From NCBI GenBank assembly GCA_964630985.1, contig CAZVYV010000001.1, positions 1-44,085 on the forward strand: a DNA stretch of 44,085 bases, read 5' to 3'. Below the pieces are notes generated by a model. It made no database searches. It saw only the letters and a list, made by a program, of their open reading frames with translations, and was not told where the DNA came from. The first letter of the stretch is position 1, and every line of letters starts with the position of its first letter. The stretch is from an uncultured Terracidiphilus sp. GTDB taxonomy: Bacteria; Acidobacteriota; Terriglobia; Terriglobales; Acidobacteriaceae. Position numbers and translations under genes: made by a program. Of the stretch, positions 16,974 to 26,345 are shown piece after piece.

Positions 16974-19106
16974 ATGAGGCTGAGGTGTGCCGTTGCGGCC
17001 GTAGCTGGCTTAGTATGCCTGGGATGTTGCGGGTCGACGAGTGGCTTCGCTGGGACGATTGTGGCCCATGCAGATTCAGCCGCAATCGATCAGGCTCCGG
17101 CAGAGCCACCAGTTTTGGCCAGCTCGAACCACCTGCTGGATCTTCTGGTGATCGCTGAACCATCGGCGATTACGCTCGGCGACCGGCACCCCGTGGCATG
17201 GGTGTTCGAAATATGCCCGCGCGCCGTGGCGCGGGATGACAATTGTCCTGCCGGCTCGCAGACATTCGCGCCTTACGGTGGCATCCGCTTGCAGCTCTAC
17301 GCGGGTGATCATTTGCGCATGCGGCTCATCAATCGCTTGCCACCTGTGCCGGCCGATGCCATTTATGCGCATGGAAGCGACGCGATGATGAACGGGATGC
17401 TTGAAGCGAATCCCGTGAACATTCACACCCATGGAATGATTGTTGAGCCGAGAAAGGCGAATGCGAAAAATCCGACCTACGGCGATTACGTCTTTGTCCT
17501 GGGATATCCCGAGGGCAAGCTGCCGTCGATGGTATCGCCGGACGAGACGGCGACCGATAAGCCGATTCAATATGACATCTATATTCCGCCGAATCACCCT
17601 TCGGGCATTTACTGGTTTCATCCGCATGTTCACGGGCTGAGCATTAATCACCTGTCTGAGGGACTTTCCGGTGTCATCACCATCGGCCGAGTCACAGACT
17701 ATGCGTCCGCGCCAGGTGGCACAGCCATCCCGGAACGATATTTCATTCTGAAAGACATGCAGGTGATGGGTAACAGCCAGGTGGTGGATCAGGAGGACTC
17801 CGCGTTTTGCGCGCCCATCGATCTGGCGTATGTGCAGCGAAATGGCTACTGCCAGGGGCGGAATAGTTCAGGTGGCGACGGTGATTTTCGGCTTCCCGCC
17901 GGACATTCATTTCCCGGAATCCATCACCTCGGCAGCACCGGCGCCGATTATACGGGGGGGCTCTGGTTCTTTACGGTCAACGGAGAAGTTTATCCCCAGT
18001 TGCCGGCGTCGTCTGGATCGGGAGAAGTATGGCGCTTGTTGAATGCCGGGGCTAGCCGCACGTACGACCTGTTTCTGCGCGACGATCAAACGAGCGCGGC
18101 GATCCCTTTTCAGGTGGTATCGCTGGATGGCGCTGCATTGGCTCCTCCCGCCGGGACCACAGCAGTCAGCGCAGGGACCACAGTGGATGCCGTTCCGTGC
18201 CCCGGCGTAACGATGGACGCTCCCGCTCCGGCTTCGGCTGGAAATTCAGCGCAGGCCCGATCGTTCTCCGCGCAGCCCGTTTGCGCCACGCATCTCGTGT
18301 TGTTCCCCAGCGCGCGCGCCGAGATCTGGGTCGCTCCGGAGTTGCATTCCGCAACATTGCTCACAGAGATGGTTTCTACCGGCCCGGCGGGCGACCGGTG
18401 GCCTCAGGCGAATCTTGCCCACATCGCTGCCGGGCAACCGGCTGCTGCCCCTGTTCTGCTCCATATTCTCTCCGTTTCGGTCTCGCCCACTGCCCAGGCG
18501 ATGTCGACTCGGAACGAAGGACCGAATGGCAACAAGTTGTCCACCATGCCAACGCACACTCGCGCGGCACACGATTCGACAGCTCCGCCCGCGTGCGCCG
18601 TTCTGCCGACGCGCCATCGTCGTCGCATCTTCTTCGGAGTCCCTGCTTCGAACAAGAACGGCTATGGTCTCGGGTTGGAGGAAGTCGATGAGAATGATAA
18701 CCCTGTGCCGGGCACATTCCGAGACATAGCGGCCTTCGATCCCTCATCGATCAGCATTTGCCTGCCGCTTCGTCCCGGCAACAAACCTGTAACTGAGGAG
18801 TGGGAACTGGTGAATGTGTCCGGTGAGGCGCATAACTTCCACATTCACCAAGCCCGGTTCTACGCGCTTCCGCAGAATGCGCCTCCAGGCGACGCGGGCA
18901 AGCTGATGGATAACGTCCCGCTCCCCAACGGGGGGGCGACCTGCGATGGTACGGTGGCGACGTGGCGAAGTGGGCGCTGCAAGGTTCCGTCCGTTGTGGT
19001 CAGAATCCCATTCTCCGAGCCCGGTGATTTCATCTATCACTGTCACATCGGTGAGCACCAGGACAGCGGCATGATGACACGCATTCGCGTGACCCCCTTT
19101 CAGTGA
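16974..19106 (+). CDS. Exported multicopper oxidase
   Basis: All four copper motifs present: NIHTHG, YWFHPHVH, HNFHIH, YHCHIGEHQDSGMM; hydrophobic N-terminus. Confidence 0.92.
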   Translation: MRLRCAVAAVAGLVCLGCCGSTSGFAGTIVAHADSAAIDQAPAEPPVLASSNHLLDLLVIAEPSAITLGDRHPVAWVFEICPRAVARDDNCPAGSQTFAPYGGIRLQLYAGDHLRMRLINRLPPVPADAIYAHGSDAMMNGMLEANPVNIHTHGMIVEPRKANAKNPTYGDYVFVLGYPEGKLPSMVSPDETATDKPIQYDIYIPPNHPSGIYWFHPHVHGLSINHLSEGLSGVITIGRVTDYASAPGGTAIPERYFILKDMQVMGNSQVVDQEDSAFCAPIDLAYVQRNGYCQGRNSSGGDGDFRLPAGHSFPGIHHLGSTGADYTGGLWFFTVNGEVYPQLPASSGSGEVWRLLNAGASRTYDLFLRDDQTSAAIPFQVVSLDGAALAPPAGTTAVSAGTTVDAVPCPGVTMDAPAPASAGNSAQARSFSAQPVCATHLVLFPSARAEIWVAPELHSATLLTEMVSTGPAGDRWPQANLAHIAAGQPAAAPVLLHILSVSVSPTAQAMSTRNEGPNGNKLSTMPTHTRAAHDSTAPPACAVLPTRHRRRIFFGVPASNKNGYGLGLEEVDENDNPVPGTFRDIAAFDPSSISICLPLRPGNKPVTEEWELVNVSGEAHNFHIHQARFYALPQNAPPGDAGKLMDNVPLPNGGATCDGTVATWRSGRCKVPSVVVRIPFSEPGDFIYHCHIGEHQDSGMMTRIRVTPFQ

Positions 19107-19365
19107 TCATTGGACCCGGCATGCCAGTCTTGGCGTGAAATGCTGCATTGGATGTCCCGCGTCTCCCCCAGGGAGGCCGACGCATCATCTCTCGGTCTTG
19201 ATTTCTCAAGCTCTTAACTAAGGGCCGGCCGCCCGGATCCGCATTGCTGACAACCTTTACCACTCATTCGGCACCTTAACCTGTAGGGCGGCCACTCGGC
19301 TCTCTCACCCGGCTGTCTCAAGCCGGGTCTGCGTTACTCAACTCTTTTTAGGTGAGGTACCTGCG

Positions 19366-20334
19366 GTGACTAGCCTCATGCGTAAGCCCAGCGTCAGGGT
19401 CACGCTGTCAACATTATTTCAATTTGTTCAAGATGGGCTCGGCGTGAGCGTCACGCCTCAGCATTTCTATTTTCCGGTTCCGAGCATTAGGTCCTTTGAC
19501 AAAAAGGACTGGCACGCATGCCGCCCTTGCGGAGCGTTTGACTTCCGGCTCCAGGATCAAATCGACCTGCTGCGCACCGAGCTTCTTCCGTATTTCAAGG
19601 AATGTAATTTTACCGAGAAGCCCGTGCCCACCAACGGACATGGGCCCCAGTTCCATTTCAACAACGGGTTTTTCGAGCGAGTCGATGCCGAAGTCGCCTA
19701 TGCCTTTGTCCGCCAGCGCAAGCCCAAGCGCGTGATCGAGGTCGGCAGCGGCAACACGACGCTCGTCAACGCTGCGGCTATGCGCAGGAACGCTGCCGAA
19801 GGGTTCCCTGGTGAGCTGTTCGCCATCGAACCGTATCCTGCTTCTTATCTCAAGCAAGGTCTCCCGGGTCTCACGCAGCTCATTTCGGCTAAAGTGCAGG
19901 ATGCACCCTTCGACCTGTTTCTGTCGCTCAAGGCTGGCGACATCCTCTTCATCGATTCAAGTCATGTCGTATCGATGGATAGCGACGTCCTATATGAATT
20001 ACTCGGCATTTTGCCCAGGCTAGCGCCCGGCGTGCTCATCCATTTCCACGACATCTTCTCCCCCCTCGACTACCCGGAGAAATTCGTAAAGCGAAATCTC
20101 TGCTTCTGGGGTGAGCAATATATGCTCGAGGCATTTCTCTCGTTCAACTCGGCATTCAAGGTCGTTTGGGCAGGCAGCGCAATGCAGCGCTTTCATCCCG
20201 AGGTTTTGCGCGAAGCTTTCCCAGCGTGGGAAGGCAGTTTCACCAGAATGCCCTCCGATCTGAAGTTGTTCGCACCATCTCTCGATGGCAACAATGTTTG
20301 GCCTTGCAGTTTCTGGATCACTCGAACCAACTAG
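19366..20334 (+). CDS. Class I SAM-dependent methyltransferase (Methyltransf_24-like)
   Basis: VIEVGSGNTT, IEPYP, DILFIDSSH, IHFHDIF, EQY motifs. Confidence 0.85.
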   Translation: MTSLMRKPSVRVTLSTLFQFVQDGLGVSVTPQHFYFPVPSIRSFDKKDWHACRPCGAFDFRLQDQIDLLRTELLPYFKECNFTEKPVPTNGHGPQFHFNNGFFERVDAEVAYAFVRQRKPKRVIEVGSGNTTLVNAAAMRRNAAEGFPGELFAIEPYPASYLKQGLPGLTQLISAKVQDAPFDLFLSLKAGDILFIDSSHVVSMDSDVLYELLGILPRLAPGVLIHFHDIFSPLDYPEKFVKRNLCFWGEQYMLEAFLSFNSAFKVVWAGSAMQRFHPEVLREAFPAWEGSFTRMPSDLKLFAPSLDGNNVWPCSFWITRTN

Positions 20335-20360
20335 GTCCGCAGCGTCAACAGCCTGGCGGT

Positions 20361-21959
20361 TTACCAGCGTGAAATGGCGAGATTGTCGAGGTAGATGGTG
20401 CTGGAAGACGCGCCGGGGGTGATGCTGTCCACCTGAAAGTTGGTGAGAAGCGTCGGTGCCCAACCCAGAGCGAATGCAGAAGGCACGGTGGCGTTGATCT
20501 GTTGTTGGTTTCCGTCGAGCCACACCGATTGATAAGTGACGTTGCCGTAGCCATCGCGCGAATAGCTGACCTGGACGTGATGCCAGATGTTCTGAGCCCA
20601 CGTTTGCGCATTGCAGGCTGCGCTGGAGTTTACCCAATGGTCGACAGGCGCGGCGGGTGTGCCGGCATTCTCGGTGTAATCCCAGGTGCCGGACCAGCCA
20701 TCGCATTGGAAGCCAAAAATCACGGTTTCCCCGTTTGCCATCGTCTGGTTCATATCCATTTCCAGGTTGGCTATGGAGCCAGAGGAATTATCGAGGTAAA
20801 CCCAGCCGTCGTAGACAAAATTGCTGGAGGTGGAGTCGTCGCCGAAGTTGGCATAATAGAGTTCGCCGCCGTACCACAAGTAAGTGGTGTAGAACTCAAG
20901 CGCATTTCCACTGAGTGATGGAGAACCGGTCATCGCCATTGCCCCGGTGGCTTGACCGCTGGTGCCGGGATCGAAAACTGAAACCCAGTCGCCGAACGCC
21001 TGAATGTTGGTGACGCTGATGGCGTTAGAAGGAACGTACGGCCCACTTCCACCTGAGGGCGCGACGCTCGAACCGCTACTGGAAGTCGTCCCAGACCCGG
21101 ATACATTGATGTTCACATCGGTGTCGCAGGCCGCGCCTGCATTGCCCCAGGACTTCACATGAAGTACGTGCGCACCCGCGGCAGCAGTGACGGAGGCGGT
21201 GACGGAAGTGCCGTACACGATCGCGGTCGAGCTGCTGCTATCAAGCGAATATCCCATGGCGCTGGTGCCCTGCGAGGAGCAGGATGTGGACGTGGCATCC
21301 AGGGCGAAGGGCGAGGAAACTGTGGAGTTGCCTGACGGTTCGCTCACACTCACGTCGCCCCCGGAGGATCCTGAACCCTCAATATTCAGCGCCACATCTG
21401 TGTCGCATGCAGAGCCCTGGTTGCCCCAGGATTTTACGTGCAGCGTCTGCGCACCACTTGGGGCAGTCACGGAGCCGTTCATTGAGTTTGCGTATACAAA
21501 GGCGGTGCCGCCGGAATCAAACGAATACCCCATCGCCGTGACGGGCTGTAACGAACATGTGACAGAGTTCGCGGCGAGGGTGAAAGTCGAGGAAATCGCG
21601 GTACCGTTGCCGGGCGACGACACCGAAACGCCATCTACAGTGATGGTCACGTCGGTATCGCAGCCGGAGCCCGAATTTCCCCAAGCCTTAACGTGCAACG
21701 TGTGCCAGCCCGCCGTGGCTGTCACTGCGGAATAAATGGAGGTACTGTAGGCAAAGGTGTTGTTGCTGCTGCTATCGAGCGAGAAGCCCATAGCGCTCAC
21801 CGGCTGGCCGGAGCATGTGCTGTCATCTGCGGAAAGGGAAAACTGCGACGAAACAACCGCGCCGTTGGCCGGGTAGTTGACGGTGACCTGGGCCCACGCA
21901 GGAAAAGAGCACAGTCCTATCATGGTGAAGATGAAGGACAATTTCTTGATAACGTTCAT
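20361..21959 (-). CDS. Secreted protein: three Cys-paired Ig-like repeats plus a C-terminal ConA/GH16-like jelly-roll domain
   Basis: Signal peptide AWA-Q. Three repeats of CSxQxxxAMG(F/Y)SxD...LHVK(A/S)WGNxGxxCDTDV. C-terminal domain has LEMDMNQ, WHHVQV..VWLDG, IYLDNL. Confidence 0.75.
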   Translation of the reverse strand: MNVIKKLSFIFTMIGLCSFPAWAQVTVNYPANGAVVSSQFSLSADDSTCSGQPVSAMGFSLDSSSNNTFAYSTSIYSAVTATAGWHTLHVKAWGNSGSGCDTDVTITVDGVSVSSPGNGTAISSTFTLAANSVTCSLQPVTAMGYSFDSGGTAFVYANSMNGSVTAPSGAQTLHVKSWGNQGSACDTDVALNIEGSGSSGGDVSVSEPSGNSTVSSPFALDATSTSCSSQGTSAMGYSLDSSSSTAIVYGTSVTASVTAAAGAHVLHVKSWGNAGAACDTDVNINVSGSGTTSSSGSSVAPSGGSGPYVPSNAISVTNIQAFGDWVSVFDPGTSGQATGAMAMTGSPSLSGNALEFYTTYLWYGGELYYANFGDDSTSSNFVYDGWVYLDNSSGSIANLEMDMNQTMANGETVIFGFQCDGWSGTWDYTENAGTPAAPVDHWVNSSAACNAQTWAQNIWHHVQVSYSRDGYGNVTYQSVWLDGNQQQINATVPSAFALGWAPTLLTNFQVDSITPGASSSTIYLDNLAISRW

Positions 21960-22905
21960 TCGTATCTATCCCCTTCGTGGGTATAGGCTTGCCTTCGTGA
22001 TTCTGAGCGCGGCGAATCCGATTTCGCTCCTCAGCAACCAATTCCGCAGGTCGCGCATCTACGCCTAAGCGGGATGCTCCGGATCTGCACTTGCCGAGTG
22101 ACGAGCCGGATGAAGCACCGGGTGTGGCAAGAGTGACCGAGTGAATTTTCACAAAACCGCCTTAGCGGGGAGTTTGCCAGCTCCCTTGAGGTGGCAAGAC
22201 ATTAGACACAGCTCTCCCCATCCTCTTTCCGGAAACAATTCGTCGGATTGATTCGTGGGCGGCTTGAGGTACAAGGTGACTACACACCCCGTAAAGTTCT
22301 TCTCAGCAACCTCTTCGCGTGCAGCTTGGCGAGGCAGAGGTCTTACACTCCACTGTGGCTAAGCCTTTTTTCCGGGCTCACCAAGACAGACCATCAATAG
22401 CTGAGGAAGAAACCTGCGCATATAGCGTCATTCGCTTCTTCCTGATGATCCCTGCCACGGATCCCGCAGGCAACAATTAAGGAGTTACCAAGGCATAATA
22501 CCGAATTTGTGTGCGATAGTGATCACCTTTCTGTGCAATCTTCGCCGCTTGCTCGAGTCCGATCCAATCCTGTAAAAGCTTTTTCTGCTCCGATCAAAAT
22601 CAGAGACCGGCTCCTTCTTCCGACTTTTCCGCGCGGAAGTCTGGACATCATTTCGTGATTGTGATGGAAGGGAGTAGGCCGAGCGTAGGCAGTATTCGGT
22701 GTTCAAGAACTGTTCGAGTCAGACCGCAAGTCGCTGGAGTCAGGACGCTCCGAAGACAAGAACTCAAGTAGAAGCTTATGGCAGATCTTCGTTTCGACGA
22801 GGAAGTGCGGCCGTCAGAGAAATGAGCTGATCAGTGTTGTTCGCTGCTCTGATGAGCTTATGGTGGGCGATCCGAAATCCGTCAACCCTCAGTGACGTGG
22901 ATCGT

Positions 22906-25665
22906 TTACTTCAGGCCGTAGACATCGATCTCGCCCCGTGGGCTCGAAACTGTCGTCAAGTCGGTTCCTGTCGAGATATATACTTTCCCATTGGCGACCA
23001 CCGGCGAGCTGAATTTGACGCCGAATCCAGGCTTGTCGCCGCTGTTCGTGGTGCTGCTATAGAGCTGAGTCGGGTAATTCGAAGCGTCAAACGCGACCAG
23101 CGAGGCGCTTGTTGGGGAAGCCATGCTTGCATTCTGCAGCGGGTTCCCCTGGTTGATGTACCAAACAATGCCGTCGTTGGTGCCATTGGCGGAAATGAAG
23201 GGGCTGGTGCCGTATGTTCCTTCGTTCTGGTAATTTGCTGCGTCGCTTTGCGCGCTCAGGGTGGTGGTGAAATCAAATTGCCTTACCCCTCCCGGGGCGC
23301 TAACTGACGTCGGCGTCACGCCCAAATAAACAGCGCCGTTGAAATAGGCTGCCGCCCCAAAAATCTCATAGGAGGTGATATTCGCGTAGTTGGTTCCGGT
23401 GCTGTCCTGGCAACTTTGCTGGTACGTGCCGCCGTAAGTGATTCCAGCGCCCCACACCTGTTCCTGGAGCGCTCCCGCGTCGTCCGACGATTCGTGCCCG
23501 AGATTTGCGCTGTCGACCAGGTACATCGTTCCTGTCTTACCTCCAGCAATCAGGGTCGTACTTCTGGGGATTAGGAGGAGGCCTCCTGCAGCGAGGTCCG
23601 CGTCGAAGCAATCCATGAACTGGAAGATGGACGGAGTGAAATAGTCGATTGGCTGCATGGTTCCATTGGCTCCCGGCGCCGGTGTCCGCCCAAACTTAAG
23701 GACCGAATCGCCCCAGGCCGATTTTCCGTCCCAGGGCCCGTTTCCGGTGGTGACATATACATTCCCGCTACTGTCAGCTACGGGACCGGCGCCGCCCATC
23801 CAAATGCCGCCAGCGCTTCCGTAGGGGCCCTCTCCGTTCAAATTCGGGCTCGCATTGAAGACCCCGACCTGGGCAAGAGTCGAAGCGTCGTAAGCCAGCA
23901 GCCACCCGCTATGGCAACCGCCGAAGCCGATGTACACGTTGCCATTGGCAAAAAGCAACGCGGCGCGTTGCAGGCACGATGTATCGAGCGACTGCACCCC
24001 GTTGACCGCGTCCGAATTGGTTGCTGCTACCGATGCAGTGATGGTGACCGGTCCGCCGAACTTCTGCACGCCGGTGTCGACGTTGAGCGCGCTAAGCCGG
24101 AAGGCGCCTCCCGAACTCGACTCCTCCGTCGAAACCACATACAGCGTCCCAGAGGCCGGATCAATTACCGGCGTTGAAGTGACTCCCGCGTATGGGAGGA
24201 TCGCCTCGTCCCCGAGCGGGGTCTCGCCGGTCTTGAGCAACGAAACCTTCCATAATGGAGTTCCGCCTCCGCAAGTATCTGCATCGTAGGCGTACACGCT
24301 GTCATTCTCAGTGGCCACATAAAGGACGTTGTGCTTGGTGCCGTTGATCGTCTGGTTCGAGAGGATCAATGGCTCGCCGTACACGTAGCCATCGACCGGG
24401 CACGAAAAAAGCTTTCCAAAAGTGGCAGGAGCCACATTCGCAGTCGTCAGAACTGTTTCCTGGTCGTTCAGCCCGCTCCGATTCGTATCCACGTGAAACG
24501 TACTGATGTTTGCCGTGCCGCTCACCGTCACGGTAGCGGTGGTGCTTCCCTTCACACTGTTCAAAGTGGCTGAGATTGTCGTAGTGCCCCCGCCTTGCCC
24601 TGTGGCCACACCACCCGATGAGATTGTCGCCACCGATTTATTCGACGAACTCCACATGGCGCTGGAAGTCACATTCGCGGTCGTGTTGTTGCCATATGTC
24701 GCAGTTGCGGTGAATTGCTGCGTCGATCCATTGGCGAAGCTCGGATTGGAAGGAGTCACTTTGATGGCGGTCGGCGTGTACGCAATAACGGTCAACGTTG
24801 CGCTGCCCGCTTGCCCGCTTAGCGTGGCCGAAATCGTCGTGTTCCCCGGCGAGTCGGCCGTTGCCAGGCCACCCGAATTGACCGTAGCCACCGCCGTGTT
24901 TGTAGAGCCCCATGTGGCCGTCCCGGTCACGTTGCCTGTCGAGCCGTTGCTGTAAGTCGCGGTGGCCGTGAACTGCTGGGTTGCACCCGCGCTGATGCTC
25001 GCAGTTGTGGGCGAAACCGCAATCGAAGTTACTGTCACGGCTGCCGGCGTTACGGTGAGTGTTGCCGATGCCGTAAATTCATTCGCCGCTGCTGTAATGG
25101 TTATCTTGCCGACTGCAACGCCTGTTGCCAGTCCAGCCGAACTAACCGTGGCAACCGCTGTGTTCGACGATGTCCATGTGATGCCCGAAGTCAGCGCACC
25201 CGTAGTGCCGTTACTGTAAGTGGCGGTGGCCGTGAACTGCTGGGTCGCACCCGCGCTAATGCTCGAAGTTGTGGGCGAAACCGCGATCGAAGTGACTGTG
25301 ACCGCCGTCGGCGTAACGGTGAGTGCCGCCGTTGCCGTGAATTCATTCGCCGCTGCCGTGATGGTTGTCGTACCGGCTGTAACGCCTGTTGCCAGTCCAC
25401 CCGAACTGACCATTGCAACAGCTGTGTTCGACGATGTCCATGTGACGCCCGAAGTCAGCGCACGCGTAGCGCCATTGCTGAAGGTTGCGTTGGCTGTGAA
25501 TTGCTGGGTCGCACCCGCGGCAATGCTCGCCGTTGTGGGCGAAACGGAAACTGCGGTCACTGTCGGAGGCGGCGTCGGGGTCGGAGACCCGCAACTGGTC
25601 ACTGATATCAAAGCAATAGGCAGAGCAAGAGCAATGAGCCTGGCGCAGCTACGCAACGAATTCAT
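22906..25665 (-). CDS. Lipoprotein with four Big_2 Ig-like repeats and a PQQ-like beta-propeller; start re-assigned to ATG at 25665
   Basis: Lipobox VTSC; four repeats of VSPTTASI.AGATQQFTA.AT...WTSSNTAVATV...GLATG; propeller-type motifs LYVATENDSVYAYDAD, LWK, SSPVVANGKVY. Confidence 0.8.
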   Translation of the reverse strand: MNSLRSCARLIALALPIALISVTSCGSPTPTPPPTVTAVSVSPTTASIAAGATQQFTANATFSNGATRALTSGVTWTSSNTAVAMVSSGGLATGVTAGTTTITAAANEFTATAALTVTPTAVTVTSIAVSPTTSSISAGATQQFTATATYSNGTTGALTSGITWTSSNTAVATVSSAGLATGVAVGKITITAAANEFTASATLTVTPAAVTVTSIAVSPTTASISAGATQQFTATATYSNGSTGNVTGTATWGSTNTAVATVNSGGLATADSPGNTTISATLSGQAGSATLTVIAYTPTAIKVTPSNPSFANGSTQQFTATATYGNNTTANVTSSAMWSSSNKSVATISSGGVATGQGGGTTTISATLNSVKGSTTATVTVSGTANISTFHVDTNRSGLNDQETVLTTANVAPATFGKLFSCPVDGYVYGEPLILSNQTINGTKHNVLYVATENDSVYAYDADTCGGGTPLWKVSLLKTGETPLGDEAILPYAGVTSTPVIDPASGTLYVVSTEESSSGGAFRLSALNVDTGVQKFGGPVTITASVAATNSDAVNGVQSLDTSCLQRAALLFANGNVYIGFGGCHSGWLLAYDASTLAQVGVFNASPNLNGEGPYGSAGGIWMGGAGPVADSSGNVYVTTGNGPWDGKSAWGDSVLKFGRTPAPGANGTMQPIDYFTPSIFQFMDCFDADLAAGGLLLIPRSTTLIAGGKTGTMYLVDSANLGHESSDDAGALQEQVWGAGITYGGTYQQSCQDSTGTNYANITSYEIFGAAAYFNGAVYLGVTPTSVSAPGGVRQFDFTTTLSAQSDAANYQNEGTYGTSPFISANGTNDGIVWYINQGNPLQNASMASPTSASLVAFDASNYPTQLYSSTTNSGDKPGFGVKFSSPVVANGKVYISTGTDLTTVSSPRGEIDVYGLK
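24530..25565 (-). repeat. Four tandem ~87-aa (~260-nt) Big_2 domain repeats; the first three are highly similar at DNA level
   Basis: Repeated gtggccgtgaactgctggg / gttgtgggcgaaaccgc / gctgtgttcgacgatgtccatgtga blocks. Confidence 0.85.
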
Positions 25666-26345
25666 GTTGGCCTTGAGAAAATACGAATATTCTTTACTTA
25701 TTGACGGCCTGAATCCCCTCAAGAAAATCTATGGAAACTAGTGGTCGCGACTTCCTGCCGGCATGGGGGGCAGCACGCCTCTATGAACAATTCAGGTGCG
25801 GGAACACAAATGCGGGTTGTCTCCCAACAATGATTCTTCAGTCAATGCTACGGTCGATAACTCGCGAGAAACTCGGATCCATTTGGAGTCACGCCCCTAA
25901 GCGAAAAGCGGGAACGGCGTGCTCACAGCTTCACGACTGACGTCACATCGAGAATCTCGAACCTTTCCTAATGTAATCGCCAATTAATCTGTAACACCTC
26001 CCGATGTGGAGTTATCGGGAGGCAATGTGGCCGAGGCCATTTCAATGAATTGCGATTCCGAGAGTCCGGGGTGAAGTGTGTAAGTACTTTCGTAATGACC
26101 GAGATACAACTTTCGAGCAAGCGAAAGTAATGTATATGTCTGCTACGATCCATTCACTCGTTATTTATAGCTACATGCGCTAAGCTGCCGCAACCAACTT
26201 CGTCGTGTTAGCCCGAAGCGGCAAACAGAACGACGCATGCGCGCCGACAGGTGTCGTGTGCGCGCCGGCAGATCGAATTAGAGGCATGCCAACTTCCCGC
26301 CGATAACGACCGGCGTGAGCGCTGGCCGGGTCAGTAGGTGAGCCG

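Noticed and set aside
22485-23307. Small ORFs 22485..22706 (-) and 22834..23307 (+)
   Set aside because: No motifs or convincing SD; the second is largely antisense to the propeller lipoprotein
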